Shown: positions 20,888 to 30,056, counted from the stretch's first letter. The stretch: DNA of 64,000 bases from an uncultured Conexibacteraceae bacterium (GCA_964401995.1 CAYOAP010000001.1:160592-224591), one strand, 5' to 3'. Notes: generated by a model not told the origin, from the letters alone. Numbers and translations: made by a program.

Positions 20888-21757
20888 GTGCTTGCGCTTG
20901 GGATAGTCGCGGCTGTCGGGGCCTCTCTGCTCTACAACACCTCGATTGCCTTGCAGGCTCTGGAGGCGCGGGAGGTGCCTGGGGAGCATTCGCTGCGGCC
21001 CTCTTTGATCGGGAAGCTGCTGCGCAACAAACGGTGGCTGGGGGCTACGGCGCTTGGGTTGCTTGGCTGGCCGCTGGAGATCGGGGCGTTGCTGCTTGCG
21101 CCTCTGACCGTTGTCCAGCCCTGTCTGGCCAGTGGGTTGATCCTGCTGCTCTGGCTGGGGGCTACGAAGCTGGGGGAGGCGCCAGGGCGGCGGGAGTGGA
21201 TCGCTGTGGCGGCGATCGTGATCGGGGTCGCGGGCGTTGCCTGGGCGGCGCCGGACCGGACCACCGACCACGCTGGGGCAGGGGCGATCGCGCTGGCGAT
21301 GGGCCTGCTGGCGCTGCCGATCGCCGCGCCCTATCTGCTGCGGGGCCGGGTCTCGGCGGTCGGCTTGCTGCCGGTGATCAGCGCCGGCTGCGGCTATGCC
21401 TGGACCGGGATCTCCAGCAAGCTGCTGACCGACGAGCTCGCCGTCGGCGCCCTGTTGATCGCGGTGGTCTGGCTGGCGACCGCCGCCGCCTCGGAGGGGC
21501 TGGCCTTGTTGAGCGAGATGAGCGCCCTGCAGCACCGGGGCGCGACCCATGTGGCGCCGGTGATGTTTGCCGTCCAGGTGCTGGTCCCGGTCCTCTTGGC
21601 GCCGCTGATCTTCGGCGAGTCGTGGAGCACGACGCCTCTGGGCGGGGTGGCTCTGGTCGCATTCATCGGAGTCGCTGTGGCTGGGACGACGCTGCTGGCC
21701 GGATCTCGCGCGGTTGGCGCGGTCATCGATACGGCCAGGGCCAACGAGGCAGACTGA
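20888..21757 (+). CDS. Polytopic membrane protein, DMT/NIPA-like transporter
   Basis: About 9 hydrophobic segments. LYNTSIALQALEAR..GWPLEIGALLLAPLTVVQP resembles DMT-superfamily proteins. GTG 20888 chosen as start. Confidence 0.55.
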   Translation: MLALGIVAAVGASLLYNTSIALQALEAREVPGEHSLRPSLIGKLLRNKRWLGATALGLLGWPLEIGALLLAPLTVVQPCLASGLILLLWLGATKLGEAPGRREWIAVAAIVIGVAGVAWAAPDRTTDHAGAGAIALAMGLLALPIAAPYLLRGRVSAVGLLPVISAGCGYAWTGISSKLLTDELAVGALLIAVVWLATAAASEGLALLSEMSALQHRGATHVAPVMFAVQVLVPVLLAPLIFGESWSTTPLGGVALVAFIGVAVAGTTLLAGSRAVGAVIDTARANEAD

Positions 21758-21879
21758 TTCGGGTCCGTATTCGCTGCTAGCCTTGCGCTCGCCTTCCGCC
21801 CGTCCGTCCGCGAAGGCAACCAAACCAGCCGCCACGCCACCAAGGAGCCACCGTAGGGCCCGCAGAGACAACCCGGCCC

Positions 21880-22890
21880 GATGCGACCAAGTTCGCCATC
21901 GGGTTCGACCATCGTGACCGCGCTCGCCTGTTTGAGCTGTGGACGGAGGTTCTCGATTCCGAGCAGTGGTCGGAGGGTAAGAAGCTGGCTGCGTTCGAGC
22001 AGCGTTGGGCCGACTGGAACGGCCTGCCCAGCCTCGGCCTCTCAAGCTGGGCCGGTGGCGCGCTGGCGGCGCTGGAGTTCGCCGGGGTCAAGGGTGAGAC
22101 CGTGCTCTGCCCATCGAACACCTTCATGGCCAGCCCGCTGGCGGCGGTCGGCGCCGGCGCCAAGGTCGAGTTCGTCGATTGCAACCGCACCGACCTCTGC
22201 ATGTCGTTCGACGACTTCGAGGCCAAAGCCGAGCAGCACAAGCCGAAGGCCGCGATCCTGGTCCACATCGGCGGCCACATCGCCTTCGACGCCGAGCGGA
22301 TCGCCGCCTACTGCCGCGACAGCGGGATCTTCCTGCTCGAGGACTGCGCCCACGCCCACGGCGCCGACTGGAACGGCGCCCGGCCCGGATCCTTCGGCGA
22401 CGCCGGGGTCTACTCGCTCTACGCGACCAAGACTGTCTCGACCGGGGAGGGGGGAGTGCTCGTTTCCTCCAATCAGGACCTGATCGATTTCGCCGCCAAG
22501 TTCCGCAACTACGGCAAGTTCGAGCACGAGGTCGACGGCCTCAACTTCCGCATGAGCGAGTTCACCGCGGCGCTTGGCCTGGTCCAGGCGGAGCGGATGG
22601 AGGAGATCGTCGAGTGGAAGAACGCCTATGCGCGCGATCACCTCGACGCCCTGCATCCGGCCCGGCTCGAGCTGCCCGAGGGGATGACCTCGGGCTTCTA
22701 CAAGTACATCGTCTTCGAGCAGATCGAGAAGTCCACCGGTCGCGTCTACGACCAGCCCTGCCACCGGATCATGGGTCACTCGGTCGAGCTTCCTAACACC
22801 GACTGGGTGGCTGAGAACCATTGGTGCGTCCCGCTCTATTACCGACCTGAGAGCCGCGAGGCGGCTCTAGAGGAGGCAAGCAAAGCATGA
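21880..22890 (+). CDS. DegT/DnrJ/EryC1-family PLP-dependent sugar aminotransferase (start codon unresolved)
   Basis: CPSNTFMASP, EDCAHAHG and YSLYATKTVSTGEGG (PLP Lys). The frame is open from 21781 and encodes a DegT-like N-terminus (KFAIGF..KKLAAFEQRWADWNG..SSWAGGALAALEF), but there is no ATG/GTG/TTG before GTG 22102. Confidence 0.75.
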   Translation, partial: DATKFAIGFDHRDRARLFELWTEVLDSEQWSEGKKLAAFEQRWADWNGLPSLGLSSWAGGALAALEFAGVKGETVLCPSNTFMASPLAAVGAGAKVEFVDCNRTDLCMSFDDFEAKAEQHKPKAAILVHIGGHIAFDAERIAAYCRDSGIFLLEDCAHAHGADWNGARPGSFGDAGVYSLYATKTVSTGEGGVLVSSNQDLIDFAAKFRNYGKFEHEVDGLNFRMSEFTAALGLVQAERMEEIVEWKNAYARDHLDALHPARLELPEGMTSGFYKYIVFEQIEKSTGRVYDQPCHRIMGHSVELPNTDWVAENHWCVPLYYRPESREAALEEASKA

Positions 22891-25220
22891 GAGTCCTGGT
22901 CACCGGCGGTGGCGGATTCATCGGATCGCACGTCGTCGATCGCTTGATCGACCGCGGCGACACCCCGCGCATCTTTGACCTCAGCGCCTCCCCCTACCAT
23001 TCGCCGCTGGAGGTTGAGACCTTCACCGGCAGCATCACCGACCCGGCAAACCTCGACCTGGCGATGCGCGACTGCGACGCCGTCATCCACCTGGCGGCGG
23101 TCGCCGACGTCTCCCACGTCCTCGCCGACCCGGTCTTGGCCGAGGAGGTCAACACCCGCGGCACCCTCAACGTGCTGGAGGCGGCCTGTGGCGCCAAAGT
23201 CGACCGCGTCGTCTACGGCTCGACCACCTGGGTCTACAGCGACTGCGTCGAGCAGGACGTCAGCGAGGAGACGCCGATTCCGGCGCCCCGCCACCTCTAC
23301 ACGGCGACCAAGCTCGCCGGAGAGACCTACTGCGCCGGCTACGCCGAGCTCTACGACCTTGAGAGCACAGTGCTGCGCTTCGGCATCCCCTATGGCCCCC
23401 GCGCCCGCGCCGCCGGCGTCGTCGCCAAGTTCACCGACCTTGCCTTCGAAGGCAAGGCGCTGACGATCGCCGGCGACGGCAGCACGACCCGCAGCTTCAT
23501 CTACGTCGAGGATCTCGCCGACGGCATCGTCGCCGCGCTCAAGCCAGAGGCGGCCGGCCGCACTTACAACCTCTCCGGCGACGAGGTTGTGACGATCCTC
23601 GAAATCGCCGAGCGGGTGCAGGAAAACACCGACAACTGCGAGATCGTCCACACGCCGCCGCGCCCGGGCGACTTCCCCGGCAAGGCGATCTCCAACGAGC
23701 GCGCCCTGGAGGAGATCGGCTGGAAAGCCGAAACGAGCTTCCGCGACGGCGTCCGCAATTACGTCGAATGGGTACGCAGCAGCACCCGCCCCCCCGACCC
23801 GATTCCCGGCAAAAAGCCCTCGCTTAACGGCAACGGCCACGCCGCGGGCGCGCTGCTCGCCGGCGCTGCCGGCAGCGAGGATCGCGCCCCAAGCGTGCTG
23901 GTCTTGACCGCCGACATCGGCGAGGGCCACGACCTGCCGGCGCGGATCATCGCCGCCGACATCGAGGCCGAAATCCCCGAGGCCAAGGTCGAGGTCGCCA
24001 ACGGCCTGGAGGCGATGGGCCGCTTCCTCTCCTCGACTGTGCGCGGCGGCTCCAAAGTCACCTTCCGCTGGATGCCGTGGCTGTTCGACATCCAGTACTG
24101 GCTGCTGACCAAGTTCGCGCCCACCCGCTGGCTCGCCCATCACCTCGGCTACGCCTTCGGCGCCCACGGCCTGATGAAGCTGATCGCGAAGCACGACCCC
24201 GACGTCGTCATCTCCACCTACCCGGGGGTGACCGCGATCCTCGGCATGCTGCGCGAAAACGGCAGGCTGACGGTGCCCGTGCAGTCGGCGATCACCGACC
24301 TCGCCGGGCTGCGCTACTGGGCCCACCCCGGGGTCGACCTGCACTACGTGACCCACCCGGAGTCGATCGAAGAGGTCGAGAAGCTGGCCGGGCCGGGCAG
24401 CGTCGAGTGGATGCGGCCGCCGATCTCACCCGACTTCTTGATGCCCCGCACCCGCGTCGACGCGCGCAAGGCCCTTGACGTTCCCGCCCACGGCCGGATC
24501 GTGCTGGTCTCTGGCGGCGGCTGGGGCGTCGGCGATCTCGAGGGGGCGATCAACTCCGCCCTCAAGGGCGACGACACCCTCGTCGTCTGCATCACCGGCC
24601 ACAACGATGTCGCCCGCGAGAAGCTGGAGCAGCGCTTCGGCGGCAACGACCAGGTCCGCATCCTCGGCTTCACCGATCAGATGAGCGACTGGATGGCGGC
24701 CTCCGACGCGATGATCCACTCGACCGCGGGCTTGACCGTGCTCGAGGCTCATATCCGCGGCTGTCCGGTCGTCTCCTACGGCTTCTCCGCCGGCCACCTG
24801 CGCGCCAACAATGCCGCCTTCGAGCGCTTCGGCCTGGCCGAGGTCGCTCGCTCCGAGCACGAGCTGGAGTCTGTCCTGCGCCACATCACCCGCGAGCGGC
24901 AGTCGCCGGATTCGTCGTTCGCCTCGCTGCCCTCGATCTCTTCGCGAGCGCTGAACGTGCGGGCGCGGGTGCGCCCGCAGCCGGTCTGGCGCCTGCGCAC
25001 CGAGCGAGTGATCGCGGCCGTCTGCCTCCTTGCTGTCGCTCTCATCCTGTCGCTCTCGGTGGTCAAGCGCGAGACGCCCTATCGGGTGATCGCCAAGCCG
25101 CTCGAGAGCCGGATCCACATCGGCAAGGACACCGACGCGCCTGCGCCGACTGTGAAGGCAAACCAGGCCGCGCAGCCGGTCTCGCCTGAATCTCACACCG
25201 CCGCCAACTCCGGCAATTGA
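22887..25220 (+). CDS. Fusion protein: NAD-dependent sugar epimerase/dehydratase (extended SDR), MGDG-synthase/UgtP-like GT28 glycosyltransferase and a C-terminal TM segment
   Basis: 777 aa. N-terminus has VLVTGGGGFIGSHVV and YTATK (YxxxK). A low-complexity linker of about 45 aa follows. The second domain has VLVLTADIGEGHD..ISTYPG..VLVSGGGWGVGD..GFTDQMSDWMAASDAMIHSTAGLTVLEA, typical of diacylglycerol glycosyltransferases. TM segment AAVCLLAVALILSLSVV lies near the end. Confidence 0.75.
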   Translation: MRVLVTGGGGFIGSHVVDRLIDRGDTPRIFDLSASPYHSPLEVETFTGSITDPANLDLAMRDCDAVIHLAAVADVSHVLADPVLAEEVNTRGTLNVLEAACGAKVDRVVYGSTTWVYSDCVEQDVSEETPIPAPRHLYTATKLAGETYCAGYAELYDLESTVLRFGIPYGPRARAAGVVAKFTDLAFEGKALTIAGDGSTTRSFIYVEDLADGIVAALKPEAAGRTYNLSGDEVVTILEIAERVQENTDNCEIVHTPPRPGDFPGKAISNERALEEIGWKAETSFRDGVRNYVEWVRSSTRPPDPIPGKKPSLNGNGHAAGALLAGAAGSEDRAPSVLVLTADIGEGHDLPARIIAADIEAEIPEAKVEVANGLEAMGRFLSSTVRGGSKVTFRWMPWLFDIQYWLLTKFAPTRWLAHHLGYAFGAHGLMKLIAKHDPDVVISTYPGVTAILGMLRENGRLTVPVQSAITDLAGLRYWAHPGVDLHYVTHPESIEEVEKLAGPGSVEWMRPPISPDFLMPRTRVDARKALDVPAHGRIVLVSGGGWGVGDLEGAINSALKGDDTLVVCITGHNDVAREKLEQRFGGNDQVRILGFTDQMSDWMAASDAMIHSTAGLTVLEAHIRGCPVVSYGFSAGHLRANNAAFERFGLAEVARSEHELESVLRHITRERQSPDSSFASLPSISSRALNVRARVRPQPVWRLRTERVIAAVCLLAVALILSLSVVKRETPYRVIAKPLESRIHIGKDTDAPAPTVKANQAAQPVSPESHTAANSGN

Positions 25221-25918
25221 TCGCGGCGCTGGCCGGCGCCGGCGCCGCGGCCGCCACGGTGGTCCATGCCGGGCCGGCGCTGGCGCCGATCGTTCCCGGC
25301 ATCGCGCCCGTCCTCAGCATCGAGCTGCGCCAGGAGGCGGCGGATGGAGTGGCGCTCACCTTCGACGACGGCCCTCACCCAGAAGGCACGCCCCAGACCC
25401 TGGAGATCCTGCGTGAGGCTGGGGCGCCGGCAACCTTCTTCCTCGCCGGCGAGCAGGTCGAGCAGCGGCCGGCGCTGGCGGCCGAGATCGTCGCCGCCGG
25501 CCACCGGGTCGAGCTGCACTGCCATCGCCATCGCAACCAGCTGCGGCTGACGCCGCGGCAGCTGCTCGACGACGCCGATCGCGCCAAGGCGGTGATCGAG
25601 GAGGCGAGCGGCCAGGAGGTCGCCGACTACCGCCCTCCCTACGGGATCTTCAGCTACTCCGGCCTGCGGGCGATCCGCAGCCGCGGTTGGCGGCCGGTGC
25701 TGTGGTCGCAGTGGGGAAAGGACTGGAGGCGGTCGGCAACGCCTGACTCGATAACGCGACGCTGCACTTCCTCAGTCGAGGCCGGTGACATCCTCCTCTT
25801 GCACGACGCCGACTACTACAGCGCGCCTGGCTCCTGGGCCCGCACGGTCGCTGCCATGCCGCGCATCCTCGAAAGGTTGGACAGCCGCGGGCTGAAACCG
25901 ATCTCGCTGCGACGCTGA
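25217..25918 (+). CDS. Polysaccharide deacetylase (NodB homology, CE4)
   Basis: LTFDDGPHPEGTP, HRVELHCHRH and RPPYG motifs. TTG start overlaps the previous stop (TTGA). Confidence 0.8.
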   Translation: MIAALAGAGAAAATVVHAGPALAPIVPGIAPVLSIELRQEAADGVALTFDDGPHPEGTPQTLEILREAGAPATFFLAGEQVEQRPALAAEIVAAGHRVELHCHRHRNQLRLTPRQLLDDADRAKAVIEEASGQEVADYRPPYGIFSYSGLRAIRSRGWRPVLWSQWGKDWRRSATPDSITRRCTSSVEAGDILLLHDADYYSAPGSWARTVAAMPRILERLDSRGLKPISLRR

Positions 25919-26112
25919 GAGGGGGGAGCGAGCGTCCACTGCTCGCAGCCGGCAAAAGCGTCGTCAAGACGCTGGGCCATGGTGCTCCTTGGCCGATCCT
26001 GGTCGAAGATCTCCTTGGGCATAGCTCTCCCGTCCTGTAGGGAACGTTGGGTAAGACTCCCGCTCCGATCGGACGAAAAAACCTGCACTTTGCGGAAACC
26101 TGGACCGACCAG

Positions 26113-26952
26113 CTAAGAGGAGGCGAACTTGGCGATCTCCTCGGCAAGCCGCTGTGGCTGGTCGAGCGCGACGAATGTCTTCGCGTTGGGGATCTCGACG
26201 ATGCGGGCATCGGGGGTTGAGGCCGCCAGCCGTTCGGCGTATTTGATCGGGAAGTAGCTGTCTCCCGGCGCCCAGGCCAGCAGCAGCGGATGCTCGAAGC
26301 TGCCGAGCTTTTCGGCCGCCTCCAGCGTGTGGCGCTTGTTCATGCCGGCCGTGACCTTGCGCAGATCGTGGCGGATCGCGGAATTGTGGAGTCCGGGCGC
26401 CATCCAGGAGGCGATCAGGTCATCCGGGATCTTCGTCTTCGCGAAGGGCTTGAAGGCGCGGCGGGCGACGGCGGGGATGCGGAAGGGCGCCGACAGCACC
26501 TCGATGCCGCCGGGCAGCTTCGCCAGCGGCGGCATCGCCTTGAAGATTCCGGGCGGGAAGTTCTCGTGGGTGTCGCAGTTGGTCAGGACCAGCCGCCCGA
26601 TCCGCTCGGGGTGGCGGGTGACGAGCACCTGCGACATCGCGCCGCCGGAGTTGTTGCCGACGATGGTGACGTCATCGAGGCCGAGCTTGTCGAGGAAGCT
26701 GGCGATGATCGCGGCGACGCCTGGGGGGGAGAGGTCCGCGTCAGGGCGCATCGCCACCTGCTGGGACCCCATCGGCCAGTCTGGGGCGAGGCAGCGGAAG
26801 CGATCGGAGAGGCGGTCGACGACGCCGCTCCAGAGCCGTCCGTCGACCAGATACCCGTGGACGAAGACGATCGCTTTGCCCTCGCCCGACTCGCGATAGC
26901 GGACGGTCCCGGCCGGTAGCTCGATCTCATGGCGATCGCCGTTGACGGTCAT
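26113..26952 (-). CDS. Alpha/beta-fold hydrolase
   Basis: IVFVHGYLVDGRLW is typical of AB_hydrolase_1. The nucleophile-elbow region reads VGNNSGG, which is atypical. ATG 26952 has a GGAGG RBS 8 nt upstream; the track ORF extends to 26997. Confidence 0.75.
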   Translation of the reverse strand: MTVNGDRHEIELPAGTVRYRESGEGKAIVFVHGYLVDGRLWSGVVDRLSDRFRCLAPDWPMGSQQVAMRPDADLSPPGVAAIIASFLDKLGLDDVTIVGNNSGGAMSQVLVTRHPERIGRLVLTNCDTHENFPPGIFKAMPPLAKLPGGIEVLSAPFRIPAVARRAFKPFAKTKIPDDLIASWMAPGLHNSAIRHDLRKVTAGMNKRHTLEAAEKLGSFEHPLLLAWAPGDSYFPIKYAERLAASTPDARIVEIPNAKTFVALDQPQRLAEEIAKFASS

Positions 26953-27015
26953 CTGGGCTGCCTCCTGCATAGAAGTGCGAGAGGGCCAGCTTCTCACGAA
27001 GCAGCTCGGCCGGGC

Positions 27016-28500
27016 TCAGGTCGCGGGGGCCAGGGGTGGTTCGGCCGCGCTCTCGCGGGCAGCCCGGCGCGACTCCTTCTGCGCGTACATCCGCACGTCG
27101 GCGAGCTGCAGGGCGGGAGTTGGCTCTGTCGCCTCGGCTGGGATCGAAGCCGATCCCCAGGCCGGGGAGACGTCGTATCCCGTCCCCTTCTCGGAGAGGG
27201 CTTCGGCCGCCATCCTGGTCACGCCCCCGAAGCGCTGCGCCGTGCAGTTGAGCAGGACGCAGAACTCGTCGCCGCCGACCCGGTAGGCGACTCCGTCGCC
27301 GTCGACCGCGTCGCGCAGCCGCCGTCCCAGCCTGGTCAGCAGCTCGTCGCCGGCCGGGTGGCCCAGGGTGTCGTTGAAGTTCTTGAAGCCGTTGAGGTCG
27401 AGGAAGATGACGAGGGCCGGCGCCGCCGCGCTTGTCTTGGCGCAGAGCTCCTCAAGGTCGACCTGCATCCGGCCGCGGTTGCCGAGGCCGGTCAGGGGGT
27501 CGGTCTGTACCTGCTCGAGCAGGGCCTTGTTCTCGCGCACGCTCATCCCCAGCCGCACGATCACGGCGATCATCGTGGCCGCCCAGAGCACGGTCGAGAG
27601 GCCGCTGGTGGCGCTGAAATACTGCATCGCGAAGAGTCCGATCATCACCCCGAAGAAGAGGGCGGGGACCATCAGCTCGCGCCAGCCGTCAAAGCGGGCG
27701 GAGGCCTGGATCGTGTCTGCCCGCGGCTGCCACATCTCGGCGCCGAGGCAGATCGCCGCGATCAGGTAGATCGGGTCGATCCAGTCGCCCGAGGGAAGCG
27801 TGGCGCTGGTCGATTGCAGGGTGTAGGCGATGTCGGCGGCGACCAGCGCCGAGAGCCCGGCCAGCAGCAAGATCCAGGTCCTGCCGGGGCGCCAGCGGGT
27901 GAGCGCGATCGCTCCGATCACCAGCGCCAGCATTGCGATGTCGCCGAGTGGGTAGGCGAGTGTGGTCGCCACCTGCAGCGAGGTGCCGGTCGCGTGCTCG
28001 GCGACGAAGTCGAAGACGAAGGCGGCGCCGAGCGCTGCCGTGCCGAGTGCCGCGATCAGGCCATCCATCCACAGCCGCCAATCGAGTTCGTCCGCCTTGG
28101 CTCGAACCAGCAGCACCAGCCCGGCGTATGCGAGCGGATAAAAGAGGAGATAGCCGACATCAGCCGGGGAGGGGTAGGGAGCGCTGGGGTTGCCTTCGAT
28201 CGCAACCGTCCAGTAGACCTCGGCCGCGCCCCAGGAGAGGATCGCCAGCCCGATCAGAATCCAGGCAGGGCGCTCGCGTCCGGCGCCGATGGCGCGCACG
28301 AGGCAGGCCAGCCCGGCGGCGATGATCACCGCGTCATAGACGGGACCGCCGAGGGCGAAATCGAGATTGGACCCGCCGATGCCGAGCCAGTCGTGGAGGG
28401 CGACCACCGTCGTGCCGCCCAGCAGCACGACCGTCAGCGCCTGGCGCGCGAAGCGCTCTGCCCAGGTACGGCCGACCGTCGAGTCCGCTGACGCGTTCAC
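27016..28500 (-). CDS. Diguanylate cyclase: multi-TM N-terminal domain plus GGDEF domain
   Basis: 494 aa with about 9-10 hydrophobic segments, then DPLTGLGNRGRM..FLDLNGFKNFNDTLGHPAGDELL..RVGGDEFCVLL. Confidence 0.85.
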   Translation of the reverse strand: MNASADSTVGRTWAERFARQALTVVLLGGTTVVALHDWLGIGGSNLDFALGGPVYDAVIIAAGLACLVRAIGAGRERPAWILIGLAILSWGAAEVYWTVAIEGNPSAPYPSPADVGYLLFYPLAYAGLVLLVRAKADELDWRLWMDGLIAALGTAALGAAFVFDFVAEHATGTSLQVATTLAYPLGDIAMLALVIGAIALTRWRPGRTWILLLAGLSALVAADIAYTLQSTSATLPSGDWIDPIYLIAAICLGAEMWQPRADTIQASARFDGWRELMVPALFFGVMIGLFAMQYFSATSGLSTVLWAATMIAVIVRLGMSVRENKALLEQVQTDPLTGLGNRGRMQVDLEELCAKTSAAAPALVIFLDLNGFKNFNDTLGHPAGDELLTRLGRRLRDAVDGDGVAYRVGGDEFCVLLNCTAQRFGGVTRMAAEALSEKGTGYDVSPAWGSASIPAEATEPTPALQLADVRMYAQKESRRAARESAAEPPLAPAT

Positions 28501-28600
28501 TGCCCTGGTATCGGCAGCAGATGGTCATTTCCCAACTAATAAATGGGCAAATTTCTCCGCCTAAAGGGGCGGGAGTCTCCAGTCATCTAAACTGCAGAGC

Positions 28601-28816
28601 ATGAAAACCGGAATTCACCCCGATTACACGCTCGCCAATGTGCATTGCTCGTGCGGGAACCAGTTCTACACCCGCTCGACCAAGGCCGATCTCCACGTCG
28701 AGCTCTGCTCTGAGTGCCACCCGTTCTACACGGGCAAGCAGAAGCTGGTCGATACCGGCGGTCGGGTCGAGCGTTTCCAGCGTCGCGCAGCCAAACACGC
28801 CAAGGCCGGGAAGTAA
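28601..28816 (+). CDS. rpmE: 50S ribosomal protein L31 (zinc-ribbon form)
   Basis: [33 protein letters not shown]. Near-textbook L31. Confidence 0.95.
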   Translation: MKTGIHPDYTLANVHCSCGNQFYTRSTKADLHVELCSECHPFYTGKQKLVDTGGRVERFQRRAAKHAKAGK

Positions 28817-28819
28817 GCA

Positions 28820-29833
28820 GTGAGCCCAGAGGTGGGCTCGGCACAGGCAGAGGCGTCGTCGGCTTCCTCAAACGGGGCCGACTCGCTGCGCATGCCCGAC
28901 GGCGCCCTGGTCGCGAAACGCGACGCGCCGGTCGGTGGCCAGGCGGTTCTGGAGGGCGTGATGATGCGCGGCATCTCGACCTGGGCCGTCGCCGTCCGCA
29001 ACCCTGAGGGCAAGATCGAGATCAGCTCGGAGACGCTGGTCCCCTGGGCCAAGCGCAACCGCCTCTGGCGGGCGCCGGTGATTCGCGGCGTCGTCGCCCT
29101 CGGCGAGTCGATGAAGATCGGCTTCAAGGCGCTGGCGATCTCCGCCAACGCTCAGATCCCCGAGGATGAGGAGGGCGAGCCCGAAGAGATCGGCGGCTTC
29201 ATCTGGGGGGTGACGATCTTCCTCTCGGTGTTGCTGGCGATCGGGCTCTTCTTCGTCGTCCCGGTCGGGCTGACCAGCCTGATCAAGGACAAGCTCGGCT
29301 CGCCGTTCCTGTTTTGGCTGGTCGAGGGCCTGCTGCGGACGGGGATCTTCATCGGCTACATCGCCGCGATCAGCCGCCTCAAGGACCTGCGGCGCGTCTT
29401 CGAGTACCACGGCGCCGAGCACAAGACGATCTCCTGTTACGAGGCCGAAGACGAGCTGACCCCGGCCCGGGCCAAGCTCTACTCGCGCCTGCACCCCCGT
29501 TGCGGCACCAGCTTCCTGCTGATCGTGATGGTGCTGGCGATCTTCGTCTTCGCCCCGATCGGCCTCCCCGCCTGGTACTGGCTGGTCGCTTCGCGCATCC
29601 TCGGCATCCCGCTGATCGCCGGCCTCTCCTACGAGGTGATCAAGTGGGCCGGCAAAAACCGCCGCAAACGCTGGGTGCGGGCGGTGATGTGGCCGGGGCT
29701 GATGCTGCAGAACCTGACCACTCGCGAACCGGATGAAGAGCAGCTGGCGGTCGCGATCGCTTCGCTTGAGGCGGTCTTGGCTCGTGAGACACCCGCGGTT
29801 GCGGGCGAGCCGCACATCGAGATAGTCGCGTAG
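28820..29833 (+). CDS. DUF1385-family membrane protein
   Basis: GQAVLEGVMMRG, YHGAEHKTISCYE and HPRCGTSFLL signatures. Conserved position between rpmE and prfA. Confidence 0.8.
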   Translation: MSPEVGSAQAEASSASSNGADSLRMPDGALVAKRDAPVGGQAVLEGVMMRGISTWAVAVRNPEGKIEISSETLVPWAKRNRLWRAPVIRGVVALGESMKIGFKALAISANAQIPEDEEGEPEEIGGFIWGVTIFLSVLLAIGLFFVVPVGLTSLIKDKLGSPFLFWLVEGLLRTGIFIGYIAAISRLKDLRRVFEYHGAEHKTISCYEAEDELTPARAKLYSRLHPRCGTSFLLIVMVLAIFVFAPIGLPAWYWLVASRILGIPLIAGLSYEVIKWAGKNRRKRWVRAVMWPGLMLQNLTTREPDEEQLAVAIASLEAVLARETPAVAGEPHIEIVA

Positions 29834-29843
29834 GCGCTCGGTC

Positions 29844-30056
29844 GCGGGTCCTGTCGTGGGGGTTGGGTGGCCTCGCTTGCGCTGCGATCTGCTCCGGGCG
29901 GCGGGATGGCTTCGCTCGAAGGGACGAGACCTTGCCCTTCGCAGACTCCGCGACTGCGCGACACCACCCAACCCCCACGCCACCCGCGAGCGAAGTGTCC
30001 ACAGCCCGAACTGCATCAACTTCCCTACCTGCCAGATCGAGAAGTTGATGCAGTTC
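29844..30056 (+). repeat. Structured intergenic repeat, copy A (core plus 3' hairpin)
   Basis: Aligns by eye along its whole length with 56303-56521. It has a perfect 15-bp long-range helix (29856-29870 / 29964-29978). It also has a perfect 16-bp hairpin (30008-30023 / 30041-30056) with a 17-nt loop. Confidence 0.85.

Noticed and set aside
21881-22483. 200-aa ORF starting at the only ATG near the DegT 5' end.
   Set aside because: Its product (MRPSSPSGSTIVTALACLSCGRRF..) has no family similarity. The neighbouring frame encodes a DegT-like sequence throughout. The ATG is probably the true start, displaced by a 1-nt indel.
25816-26022. 68-codon minus-strand ORF (MPKEIFDQDRPRS..) with a GGGAGAG box upstream, downstream of the alpha/beta hydrolase gene.
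   Set aside because: Its last 100 nt or so overlap the 3' end of the convergent deacetylase gene, and it has no recognisable motif. I cannot support it from sequence alone.
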